From NCBI GenBank assembly GCA_963785725.1, contig CAWAWS010000006.1, positions 350,109-414,108 of the forward strand: a stretch of 64,000 bases of DNA, given 5' to 3'. The DNA comes from an uncultured delta proteobacterium (GTDB lineage: Bacteria; Myxococcota_A; Polyangia; Palsa-1104). Positions within the stretch are counted from its first letter, which is position 1. Every line of letters begins with the position of its first letter. Positions 11,863 through 21,370 of this stretch are shown here, piece by piece. Position numbers and translations under genes: made by a program. The notes beneath the pieces were generated by a model. The model had not been told where the DNA came from and ran no database searches. It saw nothing but the letters and a program-made list of their open reading frames with translations.

Positions 11863-13728
11863 ATGAAGATCGTTTGCGATAATTGCGCGACGAAATACTC
11901 CATCGCGGACGAGAAGGTTCGCGGCAAGGTCTTCAAGATCCGCTGCAAGAAATGCAGCCACATTATTGTCGTTCGTGGTGGCGCAGATGGCAGCGTGGAG
12001 GCGACGTCGTCGCGCGACGCCGGCCCGGCCGATGGCGGATTCCCCGGCGGCGGTGAAGAGCAGCAAACGATCGCGGCTCGCGGCGCCTCGGGCGCCGAAG
12101 CGGGCGGTGACGCGGTGTGGCACCTCGTGATCGATCGCGAGCAGGTCGGCCCGCTGTCGCCGTCGGAGGTGCGCGCCAAGTTCTCCGGTGGTGAAGTGGA
12201 CGCCGAGACCTACGCCTGGCGCGAAGGCTTCGGCGACTGGCTGCGCCTCGGCTCGATCGAAGACTTCCGCGATCTCGGCGGTGATGCGCCGGCAGCACCG
12301 GAAGCGACGCGCCGCACCGACTCGGCCGATCTCTTCGGCGGCGGTGGCGGCGAGGACGCGGCCGATGCGCCGGCGGGCGACCTCTTCGGCGGTGGCGCGG
12401 CTCCGGCTCCGGCGTATTCGTCGGCTCCAGCTCCGGCCGCGAATGAAGACGTCTTCGGCGGTGGCGGTGGTGGCGCGTTGTTCAGCGCGCCGTCGGCGGC
12501 TCCGCAGCGTCAGTCGCGCGCGTCGTCGCCGGCGTTCTCGGCGTCGTCGGCTTCGGCCGAGTCGGCGCCGTCGTCGAGCCACGGTAACGGCAACGTCGTC
12601 GACGTGCGGCCGATGACCGGCCAGCGCAACGAGAACTCGGTGCTCTTCTCGCTCAACAACTTGCAGGCGTTGGCGACGGGCGGCGCGGGCGGCGGCAAGG
12701 CAGCGTCGTCGGGCGGCGGCTCGGAGAATCGCCCCGGCTTCGCCAACTCGCAGACCGAGGGCTCGGGCCTCATCGATATTCGCGCCATGGCGGCGTCGAC
12801 GTTGGCGGCTTCGCCGTCGACGGGCGGCATCGGCTCGGGCCCGGGCGAGCTGCCCGGCTTGGGCGCGGCGCCCGTGTTCTCGCCGATGGCGGCTCCGATC
12901 CTCATGCCGGCGGCGCCCTCGGGTCCGCCGAAGTGGATGTGGGCGATTCTTGGCGTCGGCGTCTTGGCGGTGCTCGGCATCGTCGTCGTCGGTGTGCTGC
13001 TCCTGACGCGTAAGCCGGCGGCCGAGCCGACGATGGCGCAAGGCCCAGCGGCGCCTGCTCCGACGGCGCCGGTGGCGGCGGCACCGAGCGCGGCGACGGC
13101 CAAGCCGAACGCGGCGGCGCCCGCGGCACCGGCGGCGGCGGCACCGGCAGCGGCGGCTCCGGTCGCGGCGGCTGCGAGTCCGGCGGCCGAGAAGCACCCG
13201 GGCAAGGCGGCCAAGGGCGGCGGCGAGAAGGCGACGAAGCTCGCCAAGAACGAGCCGGCGGCGGCGAAGGCTCCGGCGGCTGCACCCGAGCCGGTCGCGG
13301 CAGCGCCGGCGGCGCCGGCGGCCAAGCACTCGGGCAAGCGCGACGAGCTCGACGATTTGTTGAACAACGCGTCGCCGGGTGGCGATACGCCGAAGCCGCA
13401 CAAGGCGGCGGCGGCAGCGAAAGACGATTCGGGCGGCGGCGCCAGCGACGACAGCTTGCCCGACACGCTCGACAAGGGGCAGATCGTCTCCGGCATGTCG
13501 AAGGTCAAGGGCCGCGTTCAGGGCTGCTTCGACCAGTACAAAGTGCCGGGCACGGCCAGCGTCGCCATCACGATCGCCAACAGCGGTCGCGTCTCGAGCG
13601 CCAACGTCACCGGTCAGTTTGCCGGCACACCGACGGGTGAATGCGTCGCCAAGGCGGTCAAGACGGCCGGCTTCACGCGCTTCAAGGGCTCGCCGATGTC
13701 GTTCGTCTATCCCTACCTGCTGCGCTAG
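11863..13728 (+). CDS. Zinc-ribbon / GYF / TM / TonB-C-like protein (GltJ/AgmX-like gliding motility protein)
   Basis: MKIVCDNCATKY..IRCKKC zinc ribbon; WHLVIDREQVGP..AWREGFGDW GYF_2; TM helix; C-terminal VQGCF..G.CVAKAV..F domain. Confidence 0.85.
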   Translation: MKIVCDNCATKYSIADEKVRGKVFKIRCKKCSHIIVVRGGADGSVEATSSRDAGPADGGFPGGGEEQQTIAARGASGAEAGGDAVWHLVIDREQVGPLSPSEVRAKFSGGEVDAETYAWREGFGDWLRLGSIEDFRDLGGDAPAAPEATRRTDSADLFGGGGGEDAADAPAGDLFGGGAAPAPAYSSAPAPAANEDVFGGGGGGALFSAPSAAPQRQSRASSPAFSASSASAESAPSSSHGNGNVVDVRPMTGQRNENSVLFSLNNLQALATGGAGGGKAASSGGGSENRPGFANSQTEGSGLIDIRAMAASTLAASPSTGGIGSGPGELPGLGAAPVFSPMAAPILMPAAPSGPPKWMWAILGVGVLAVLGIVVVGVLLLTRKPAAEPTMAQGPAAPAPTAPVAAAPSAATAKPNAAAPAAPAAAAPAAAAPVAAAASPAAEKHPGKAAKGGGEKATKLAKNEPAAAKAPAAAPEPVAAAPAAPAAKHSGKRDELDDLLNNASPGGDTPKPHKAAAAAKDDSGGGASDDSLPDTLDKGQIVSGMSKVKGRVQGCFDQYKVPGTASVAITIANSGRVSSANVTGQFAGTPTGECVAKAVKTAGFTRFKGSPMSFVYPYLLR

Positions 13729-13883
13729 GGACTGTTCTCAATCAGCTCCCGTCGCCAAGCTTGCTGCGGGCCGCGTCTGCTTCGTTGCTCATCGCTCAGT
13801 TACCGCCAGTAGCTTCGCTCTTCGCGCCTCGCAGCCGCGGCTCCTCGCGGCGCTTGGCTCGGTCCGCCAATTGAGAACAGCCC
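13729..13883. mobile_element. MITE-like non-autonomous element (155 bp)
   Basis: 14-bp terminal inverted repeats GGACTGTTCTCAAT / ATTGAGAACAGCCC (13 of 14 match) flanked by CTAG on both sides; internally palindromic; no convincing ORF. Confidence 0.75.
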
Positions 13884-14699
13884 CTAGCGTTTCTGCTTCT
13901 TCGCCGCGCGGCCGAGGCGTCGCGCGGCGCCCACCATCAGCAGCACCACCAAGCCACCGAAGATAGCGAACGAGACGACGCGAGCGCGCCACGGCGAAAC
14001 GGCCGTTGCCGTCGGCGTGACCGCGGCCGACCGGTGCGCGCCGGCGCCGAAGCGGAACGTGACCGAGCGGTCTTCGAGCGCCGAAAAGCGGTTGCCGCGA
14101 AAGAGAAAGCGGGTCTCGCGCTCGTCGCCGGTCGGGCCGCGATGGGCGGCGATGAGCGTCGTCGCCGGCGACTCCTCGAGGCGCAGCTCGGTCTCGCCCA
14201 GCTGCGGCTCAGCCGAAGCCGCGCTGGCGGCGCGCCGACGATGGTCGACGGGCGTGCGGTCGTCGAGGCGAACCTCGTGCGGCCCTAGCCCTTGCAGCGG
14301 CAGCGTGGCCACGAGATCGATCGAGAACGGGCTGGGCGCGACGGCGTCGCCGGCCAACCCGACCTGCGGCGCGTCGAACGTGGGCGTGACGCGCGCGCCG
14401 TCGATCGTCAGCTCGAGCCCGCTCGCGACCGCCGCGCGCAGGCTCTCGCCGAGCGCGCGCGTCTCGTTCGCGTCGAGCTTGCCGTCGCCGTCGGCGTCGG
14501 CCGCTTGCCGCGCCAGCAGCGCCGGCTGCGGCCCGACGAGCTCGGTGTAGGCGAGGCGCATGCGATCGGGCGCCACCAAGTCGACTTCCAGGTAGCGATT
14601 TACCGTCGCTGGCGCGTACTCCGGATGGGCAAGCGCGCTGCCGGCGCTCGAGAGCAACGCAACGGCGACAAGGTTGACTGGCCAGTCAGTGTTTGCCAT
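13884..14699 (-). CDS. Exported protein with C-terminal membrane anchor (mature N-terminus HP; possible metal-binding)
   Basis: Signal peptide ending ALA-HP, DADGDG motif, C-terminal TM plus basic tail. Confidence 0.7.
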   Translation of the reverse strand: MANTDWPVNLVAVALLSSAGSALAHPEYAPATVNRYLEVDLVAPDRMRLAYTELVGPQPALLARQAADADGDGKLDANETRALGESLRAAVASGLELTIDGARVTPTFDAPQVGLAGDAVAPSPFSIDLVATLPLQGLGPHEVRLDDRTPVDHRRRAASAASAEPQLGETELRLEESPATTLIAAHRGPTGDERETRFLFRGNRFSALEDRSVTFRFGAGAHRSAAVTPTATAVSPWRARVVSFAIFGGLVVLLMVGAARRLGRAAKKQKR

Positions 14700-14761
14700 G
14701 CTGCGCCCCGAGCGTAGCACCTGCCGTCGCTGGCGGCGCGTCATCCGACGAGGAGAGAACC

Positions 14762-14983
14762 GTGGCCACCGAAGTCAAAGCGCACATCACCGGGACCGTC
14801 TGGAAAATCGAGACGCCGGCTGGGACGAAGGTCAACGAAGGCGACACGGTCATCATCCTCGAGTCGATGAAAATGGAGATGCCCGTCGAGGCGTCGGCCA
14901 CGGGAACGATCCGCGAGATCAAGATCAAGGAAGGCGAAGCGGTCGACGAGGGCAAGGTCGTCGCCATCATCGACGAAGCCTAA
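14762..14983 (+). CDS. Stand-alone biotin carboxyl carrier (biotinyl domain) protein
   Basis: AGGAG RBS, GTG start, ILESMKMEMPV biotinylation motif, 73 aa. Confidence 0.9.
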   Translation: MATEVKAHITGTVWKIETPAGTKVNEGDTVIILESMKMEMPVEASATGTIREIKIKEGEAVDEGKVVAIIDEA

Positions 14984-14992
14984 ACAGACTGT

Positions 14993-16079
14993 TTAGCGGC
15001 GGCGCGGCTTCGCGACCGGGCCCGCCGGTCGGCGCTTGTCGGGACCGATTGGCTTCAAGATGAACGTCCACGGCTGCGATTTGAAGAGCCGATGGGCTTC
15101 GTGCAAGTCGTCGAAGAGCTCGTGGTCGTCGAGGAAGCCGCCGAGCGTGCCTTCGCCGCGTGCGACGCCGTCGGCGAGCGCGCGCACGCCGGCGGCGGCG
15201 CGTTCGGCGCTGGCGACGGCGCGGCGGGCGGCGGCGAGCCCGCCGGCCCAACGCTCGCGCGCCGCCGGGCCGAATTGCGCGCCGATGCCGTCGAGACGCG
15301 TAAGCGCGCGGTCGAGCTTGTCGCCCAGCGCGCGCACGTCGGGCGTGGCGCGGTCGACGATGGCGGTGAGCGCGCGCGCGTCGTGGCGGGCGCGCCCGAT
15401 GACGTCGCCGTCGCGCAGCGCGCGCACCAGAATCGGCGCCGGCGACGAGCGCGAGGCCGCCTTGGTCGACGATGCGGCGCAGCTGACCGCGATCGGCCGG
15501 TAACGTCGCCAGCGTCGCCAACAGCTCGTCACCGGCGCGCAACAGCTCGTCGAGCGCCGGGCGATTCTCGTTCAAGAGCGCAAACGCCCGCCGCAAGCTC
15601 TCTTCACTGCGCGCCAAGAAATGATCGATGTCGGGCGGATCGGCGGCCGTCAAAAGCTCGCCCTCCGCGACGGGCGGGCCGCGATCGGCGCCGTGCGCGG
15701 GCGGGCCGATCTCGAGGTAGGCCTCGCCGAGCACCGACGGCGTCGCGACGAAGATCTGCGAGTTGCGCCTGAGCTCGCCGGCCCAGCTGCGCGCCAGGAA
15801 GACGAAGAGCTCGACGTGCTCGCCGTGGCCGTCGTCATCGTGGACGCGCACGGCGCCGCGCACTTCGCCGATGTCGCGGCCGGCGAGCCGCACTTTGGCG
15901 CCGGCGCGCAGCGGCCCGGCCGTCGACAAACGCACGCGCACGTCGAGGCCGGGGCCGATGGCGCGATCGGACAGCATGAGCACCCACGCGACGGCCGTCG
16001 CCAGCGCGACGACGACGGCGGCGCCGGCCCAGCGGCGCACGGCGAAGCCGCTGTCGTCGAACGGTGGGCCCAGCGACAT
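14993..16079 (-). CDS. MlaD/MCE family protein (one-base frameshift near 15431)
   Basis: N-terminal TM, GPLRAGAKVRLAGRDIGEV, SVLGEAYLEIGP; C-terminal GEGTLGGFLDD..PW in second frame; removing one base joins them. Confidence 0.85.
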
Positions 16080-16119
16080 TAGGGCGCGTCCTCGAAGCGC
16101 CGGCGCGCGAATCCTGGTG

Positions 16120-17130
16120 TCATTCCTTCCAGAAGAACTTCCACGGGTTGCGTTTGAGGTCGCGCACCATCTCCTTCAGATCGTCGTAGAGCTGCGGATC
16201 GACGAGCAGCGCGCCGGCCGTGCCTTTGCCTTGCCGCAGGTCGCCCACGAGCGCCGCGGCGTCGCCGGCCAGCCGGTCGGCCTTGTTGCCGACGGAGACG
16301 AGCTCGTCGAGCGCGCGCACCAGCTTGTCGCGCTCGGCCGGCCCGACGACGCTCGTCGCGCGGTCGACGCCGTCGAGCGCCTTTTGCGCCTTTTGCAGCA
16401 GCGGATCGATGTCGCGCCGCACCGCCGCCGACAGCGCCTCGACGTTGGCCAAGGTCGCCCGCACGGTCGCGCCGTCGCCGACGCCGGAGCGCAGCGACAC
16501 CATGAGCTGCGCGGCTTCGCGGCTGAGCGCGTCGATGTTGCCGAGCAGATGCGCGATCTGCGCCTTGTTCGCCTTCAACAGCTCGTCGAGCGTGCGCACC
16601 ACCGACGCGCCCGACTGCAGGAAATCGCGGATGACGTCCTTATCGTCTTTCAGTAATCCGGTGATCGAATCGAGGAACTCGTACAGCCGCGCCACGATCA
16701 AGTCGGTGCGCGGCGGATTGACGCCGGCGACGGTGTGCGCCGGATCGAGCGGCGGCTGGTCCCACGATCCCGGCTGAATCTCCAGATACTGCTCGCCCAA
16801 AACTCCTTGGGTATTGATGAAGAACTCGGCGTTTTGGCGGATCGATTGCCGGACGCGCTCTTCGATCCAGGCGACGACGCGGACTTGCACGCGCTTGCCG
16901 CTGTCGGGATCGATCTCGCCGCCGAGATAGCGGACGTCTTCGACTTTGCCCACCTTGATGCCGGAGATCTTGACGGCGGCGCCCGACTGTAGATTGCCGG
17001 AATAGTCGTAGTCGATGCGGATGCGATAGCCGCCGCGCAGCGAGAAGTTCCCCAAGAGCGCCAGGAATCCGCCGAGTAATAACAGCGAAACCAATATCAA
17101 TGCGCCGACTTTATATTCGATTGTTCGCAT
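16120..17130 (-). CDS. mlaD: MlaD/MCE family protein
   Basis: EYKVG + TM, GNLQSGAAVKISGIKVGKV, QGVLGEQYLEIQPG, GKGTAGALLVD. Confidence 0.92.
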   Translation of the reverse strand: MRTIEYKVGALILVSLLLLGGFLALLGNFSLRGGYRIRIDYDYSGNLQSGAAVKISGIKVGKVEDVRYLGGEIDPDSGKRVQVRVVAWIEERVRQSIRQNAEFFINTQGVLGEQYLEIQPGSWDQPPLDPAHTVAGVNPPRTDLIVARLYEFLDSITGLLKDDKDVIRDFLQSGASVVRTLDELLKANKAQIAHLLGNIDALSREAAQLMVSLRSGVGDGATVRATLANVEALSAAVRRDIDPLLQKAQKALDGVDRATSVVGPAERDKLVRALDELVSVGNKADRLAGDAAALVGDLRQGKGTAGALLVDPQLYDDLKEMVRDLKRNPWKFFWKE

Positions 17131-17880
17131 TTAGAATCCCGGCGTCTCCATCGGGCCACGGCTCTCGCCGCGGATGAACTGCTGCACGATCGGATCGGGC
17201 GACGCCGAAAGCTCGGCGCGCGTGCCGAGCGCGTGCACGACGCCCGCGTAGAGGAGCGCGATGCGATCGGCGACGCCGAAGATCGACGTCAGGTCGTGCG
17301 AGACGACGACCGCCGTCTTGCCGGCGTCGGCGAGCTCGCGAATGAGGCGGTCGATGCGGCGCGCCGCGACCGGGTCGAGGCCGGTCGTCGGCTCGTCGTA
17401 CAGGACGCATTCGGGCTCGAGCGTGAGCGCGCGGGCGATGGCGCCGCGCTTGCGCGTGCCGTCGCCGAGCTGCGCCGGGAAGGCGTGCGCGAACTCGCCG
17501 AGGTGCACTTGGGCCAGTCGCTCGTGCGCCTGCTTCTCGGCCTCTTTTTGCGACAGCTTTTGCAGCTTACGCAGCGGCAGCATGACGTTTTCGACGAGCG
17601 TCATCGAGTCGAACAGCGTCGCGTGCTGAAAGACCATGGCGCAGCGGCGGCGCACGGCGTAGAGCGCGCGCTCGTCCAAGTCGTCGACGCGCCGGCCGTC
17701 GAACCAGACCTCGCCGCCGTCGGGACGGAGCAGGCCGACGACGTGCTTGATGGTGACCGACTTGCCGACGCCGGAGGTGCCGATGATGTAGAGGACCTCG
17801 CCGCGACGGACCTCCAAATCGACGCCGCGCAGGACCTTTTGCGCGCCGAACGATTTGGTGAGGCCGCGAAACGCGATCAA
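17131..17880 (-). CDS. mlaF: MlaF-type ABC ATPase with degenerate signature (LGDGT)
   Basis: AAGGAG RBS + TTG; GTSGVGKS, FQHATLFDS, LYDEPTTGLDP, VSHD. Confidence 0.9.
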   Translation of the reverse strand: MIAFRGLTKSFGAQKVLRGVDLEVRRGEVLYIIGTSGVGKSVTIKHVVGLLRPDGGEVWFDGRRVDDLDERALYAVRRRCAMVFQHATLFDSMTLVENVMLPLRKLQKLSQKEAEKQAHERLAQVHLGEFAHAFPAQLGDGTRKRGAIARALTLEPECVLYDEPTTGLDPVAARRIDRLIRELADAGKTAVVVSHDLTSIFGVADRIALLYAGVVHALGTRAELSASPDPIVQQFIRGESRGPMETPGF

Positions 17881-18623
17881 TGGACGCTCCTTTGGAACGT
17901 GAAGAGCGCGAGGCCAGACAGGACGAAGTCGAGCAGGATGACGACGAAGCTGGCGCTGATGACGGCCCGGGTCGTGGCCGCGCCGACGCCTTCGGAGCCG
18001 CCGCGCGCCGACAGCCCGGCGATGCCGGCGACGATGGGAATGGCGGCGCCATAAGCGGCGCATTTCATGACGGCGGTGGCGAGGTCGCCGACGCGCACGT
18101 GCGAGACGTCGAGGAAGACGATCGGGTTGACGTGAAAGCTGTAGTAGGCGGTGAGCGCGCCCATCAGCATGGCGGCGCCGACGCCGATCGTCGTGAGCGC
18201 GCCGGTCATCACCAGCGACGCCAAGAAGCGCGGGACGATCAAGTAATCGACGGGATCGACGCCGTTCATGCGCAAGGCGTCGACCTGCTCGGTGACGACC
18301 ATCGAGCCGATCTCGGCGGCGATGCCGGCGCCGACGCGCGTGGCCAGCATCATCGCCGTCAATGACGGGCCGAACTCGTGGACGAGGATCTTGATGAACT
18401 CGGCGCCGACTTGCGACAGATCGCCGGTGATGCGGTTGACCTGCAGGCACGTCTGAAAGACCAGCACCATGCCCAAAAAGCCGAGCGTCACGCACACGAA
18501 GACGAGCGAGCGATTGCCGATTTGATAGAGCTGACGCAGGACTTCACCTTCGGTGCGGCGGCCGAAGAGCCAGCGCGCGGCGCCGCCGAAGGTGCGAGTG
18601 ATGACGTCGAGCGCCAGCTGCAT
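17877..18623 (-). CDS. mlaE: MlaE-type ABC permease
   Basis: HEFGP, RVGAGIAAEIGSMVVTEQVDAL, YLIVPR, GGSEGVGAATT. Confidence 0.93.
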   Translation of the reverse strand: MQLALDVITRTFGGAARWLFGRRTEGEVLRQLYQIGNRSLVFVCVTLGFLGMVLVFQTCLQVNRITGDLSQVGAEFIKILVHEFGPSLTAMMLATRVGAGIAAEIGSMVVTEQVDALRMNGVDPVDYLIVPRFLASLVMTGALTTIGVGAAMLMGALTAYYSFHVNPIVFLDVSHVRVGDLATAVMKCAAYGAAIPIVAGIAGLSARGGSEGVGAATTRAVISASFVVILLDFVLSGLALFTFQRSVH

Positions 18624-18645
18624 GGCGCGTCGAGCATACCGAAAG

Positions 18646-19737
18646 TCAGCCGAGGTGAAACAGACGATCGGCGCCGATGACCATGCCGAGCGTGGCGACG
18701 GCGATGGCGACCTCGCCGAGCGCGCCGACGACGAAGGGGCCGAAGCCTTGCTTGCGCAGCGCCGCGAAGTTGGTGCGCAAGCCGACGCCGGCGAACGTCA
18801 GCAAGAAGGCCCAGCGCGACAGGTTGGCGAGGCTGTCGAGCTGCGGCTTCGTAAAGGCGTGGAAGCTGGCCAGCGTCGAGAAGAGCAGGAAGCCGAGGAC
18901 GAACTTGGGGAACTTCTGCCACACGAAGGCGGCTTTGTTGCCGGTGACGGCGCGGCCGCCGCGGCTGGCGAAGTAGATGGCCGCGAAGAGGACGACGAAG
19001 CCGATGGTGGCGTTACGCGCGGTCTTGGCGAGGACGGCGATGCGCGCGGCTTCGTCGGAGTAGAGCGCGCCGGCGGCGGTGACCTCGGCGGTGTTGTCGA
19101 TGGCGAGGCCGACCCACAAGCCGTAGGCGTGGTCGCTCATGTGCAGCGCGTGGCCGATGAGCGGGAAGGTCACGAGCGCGACGGCGCCGAGCGCGAGGAT
19201 GGCGGCGATGGCGAACGTCGTGTCGCGCTCGTCGGCGTCGATGGCGCCTTGCGTGGCGATGATGGCGCTGACGCCGCATACCGACGAGCCGATGGCGAGC
19301 AGCGCCGACAGCTTCGGCCCCAGCTTGAAGCGGCGGCCGAGCCACGTCATGACCACGACGGCGAGCGCGATCTCGATGACGACGAGCGCCAAGCTGACGC
19401 CGCCCAATTTCGCGATGTCGCCGAGCAGGAAGCGGACGCCGAGCAGAACGATGCCGAGCTTGAGCCACAGCTCGTAGGTGCCGATGCCGGGCTCGAAGAT
19501 TTGGAACCAGCGCTGCTTGCTGCACAGGTTACCGATGACGAGGCCGATCAAGATCGCCCACAAGACGTACTCGATGTTGGGCAGCGTGTGATGGTGCGCT
19601 TTGCCCCAGGCTTTGAGCGCGCCTTCTATCCATTTGCCGGCATAGCCGACGACGAAGAGCAAGAGGAGGCCGGGGATCGTGGCCAGCGTGCGGGCGAGCG
19701 GTGATGGCGCGCTGCCCGACGGCGAGAACGCGCTCAC
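18646..19737 (-). CDS. YeiH/UPF0324 putative sulfate exporter family membrane protein
   Basis: LKLGIVLLG, IGSSVCGVSAIIA, YGLWVGLAI, KTARN, FPKFVLGF; multiple TMs. Confidence 0.9.
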   Translation of the reverse strand: MSAFSPSGSAPSPLARTLATIPGLLLLFVVGYAGKWIEGALKAWGKAHHHTLPNIEYVLWAILIGLVIGNLCSKQRWFQIFEPGIGTYELWLKLGIVLLGVRFLLGDIAKLGGVSLALVVIEIALAVVVMTWLGRRFKLGPKLSALLAIGSSVCGVSAIIATQGAIDADERDTTFAIAAILALGAVALVTFPLIGHALHMSDHAYGLWVGLAIDNTAEVTAAGALYSDEAARIAVLAKTARNATIGFVVLFAAIYFASRGGRAVTGNKAAFVWQKFPKFVLGFLLFSTLASFHAFTKPQLDSLANLSRWAFLLTFAGVGLRTNFAALRKQGFGPFVVGALGEVAIAVATLGMVIGADRLFHLG

Positions 19738-19826
19738 CACGACACCTTGACGCCGCCGGCGACGACGACCGCGGCCGCGGCGAGCGCGAGCAGGACCGGC
19801 AACCAATCTGAAATCAACGACTTCAT
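19734..19826 (-). CDS. 30-aa single-TM small protein coupled to the YeiH gene
   Basis: Read manually: MKSLISDWLPVLLALAAAAVVVAGGVKVSW; its TGA overlaps the YeiH GTG (GTGA). Confidence 0.65.
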   Translation of the reverse strand: MKSLISDWLPVLLALAAAAVVVAGGVKVSW

Positions 19827-19865
19827 GGTTGTACGGTAACTGCATCGGAAATAGCGGTCAATGGG

Positions 19866-20636
19866 TCAGCGGAGCACCATGGTCAAGAGGTTGTCGGAGA
19901 TCATGATGGCGACGGCGGCGGCGACGACGGCGTTGTTGACGGCGCGGCCGACCCCGACGGCGCCGCCGGTGACGCTGACGCCGAAGTGGCAGCTGGTGAT
20001 GGAGATGGCGAGCCCGAAGACGGCCGCTTTGATGAGGCCGATCGATAAGTCCCACGGCTTCAAGTTGTCGGCGAAGGAGTGGATGAAGCTCGAGAGCTCG
20101 ACGTTCAACAGCAGCTTGCCGAACAGGGCGCCACCGGCGATGGCGACGACGTCGCCGACGATGACGAGGCAAAAGAGCGCGGTCATCATGGCGACGACGC
20201 GCGGGACGATGAGGAAGCCGATGGGGTCGATGGCGAGGGCGCGCAGGCCGTCGAGCTGCTCGGTGACGGTCATCGTGCCCAATTCGGCGGCGTTGTTGGC
20301 GCCGACGCGGCCGGAGAACATGAGGCCGATGAGGATGGGGCCGACCTCGCGCAACGTCGCGTAGCCGGCGCCGAAGCCGAGCAGGCCGTAGGCGCCGAAG
20401 CGACGGACGAAGATGCCGCTCTGGATGACCATGATGCCGCCGGTGAAGAACGCGGTCAGGATGACGATGGGCAACGATTGCACGCCCATTTTGTGCAGGT
20501 TGCGCAGGAGCTCGCGGCCGTCCCAGTCGAAGCGCAGGAGCGAGCCGAGCGCGCGCCAGGCGAGCAGCGCCATGCCGCCGGCTTCGTCGCAAAGCGCGAG
20601 CGCGGCGGCGCCCAGTGCTTGCAGCGCGCGCGTCAC
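19866..20636 (-). CDS. mlaE: MlaE-type ABC permease
   Basis: GVQSLP, REVGP, GRVGANNAAELGTMTVTEQLDGL, GGAVGVGRA; GTGA overlap with upstream ATPase. Confidence 0.93.
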   Translation of the reverse strand: MTRALQALGAAALALCDEAGGMALLAWRALGSLLRFDWDGRELLRNLHKMGVQSLPIVILTAFFTGGIMVIQSGIFVRRFGAYGLLGFGAGYATLREVGPILIGLMFSGRVGANNAAELGTMTVTEQLDGLRALAIDPIGFLIVPRVVAMMTALFCLVIVGDVVAIAGGALFGKLLLNVELSSFIHSFADNLKPWDLSIGLIKAAVFGLAISITSCHFGVSVTGGAVGVGRAVNNAVVAAAVAIMISDNLLTMVLR

Positions 20637-21370
20637 AGCGGGCCGTCGAGCGCGCCCGACACGAACTGGCGGACGACGGCGTCGTCGCTGTCGGTGATGG
20701 TGGCGGCGTCGCCGTCGTAGCGCAGGCGACCGCCATGCAGCATGCCGAGGCGCGGCGCGAAGCGGCGCAGGGCGTCGACGTCGGAGGAGACGACGAGCAT
20801 CGTCATGGCGCCGCCGTTCCCGTCCGACCCGGCCGCGCCGTCGCGTTCGGCGCGCAGCAGATCGTAAATCTTCGACGTCGTGACCGGGTCGAGGCCGGCC
20901 GTCGGCTCGTCGAAGATGCACAACGGCGGGCGCGCGATGACGGCGCGGGCGAGCGCGGCGCGCTTCTTCATGCCGCCCGAGAGCTGATTGGGCAGCTTGT
21001 CTTGGCTGCCGCCGAGGCCGACGGCGCGCAGGCGATCGGCGACGCGGGCGCGGATCTCGTCGGCCGGCAGCCGGCCTTGGCGCACGAGCGGGAAGGCCAC
21101 GTTGTCGCCGACGGTCATGAAGTCGAAGAGCGCGTTGTTCTGGAAGAGCATGCCGATGGGCTGCGCGGCGACGGTGACCGAGCCGGCGTCGGGCGCGAGC
21201 AGGCCGCAGACGAGCTTCATGAGCACGCTCTTGCCGGCGCCGGCGGGGCCGATGAGGCCGAACGTCTCGCCGCGCCCGAGCGTGAGGTCGATGCCGTCGA
21301 GGAGCGGGCGATCACCGCGGACGCCGAAGCGCTTGCGCACGCCGGCGAGGACGACCGCGGGCTCATTCAC
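20633..21370 (-). CDS. mlaF: MlaF-type ABC ATPase lacking the H-loop histidine (VSSD)
   Basis: GPAGAGKS, FQNNALFD, LSGGMKKR, FDEPTAGLDP, VVSSD. Confidence 0.9.
   Translation of the reverse strand: MNEPAVVLAGVRKRFGVRGDRPLLDGIDLTLGRGETFGLIGPAGAGKSVLMKLVCGLLAPDAGSVTVAAQPIGMLFQNNALFDFMTVGDNVAFPLVRQGRLPADEIRARVADRLRAVGLGGSQDKLPNQLSGGMKKRAALARAVIARPPLCIFDEPTAGLDPVTTSKIYDLLRAERDGAAGSDGNGGAMTMLVVSSDVDALRRFAPRLGMLHGGRLRYDGDAATITDSDDAVVRQFVSGALDGPL

Noticed and set aside
13020..13330. Ala/Pro-rich repeats in the GltJ-like gene (also Thr run at 38520-38570)
   Set aside because: Ordinary low-complexity protein linkers, not DNA repeat elements
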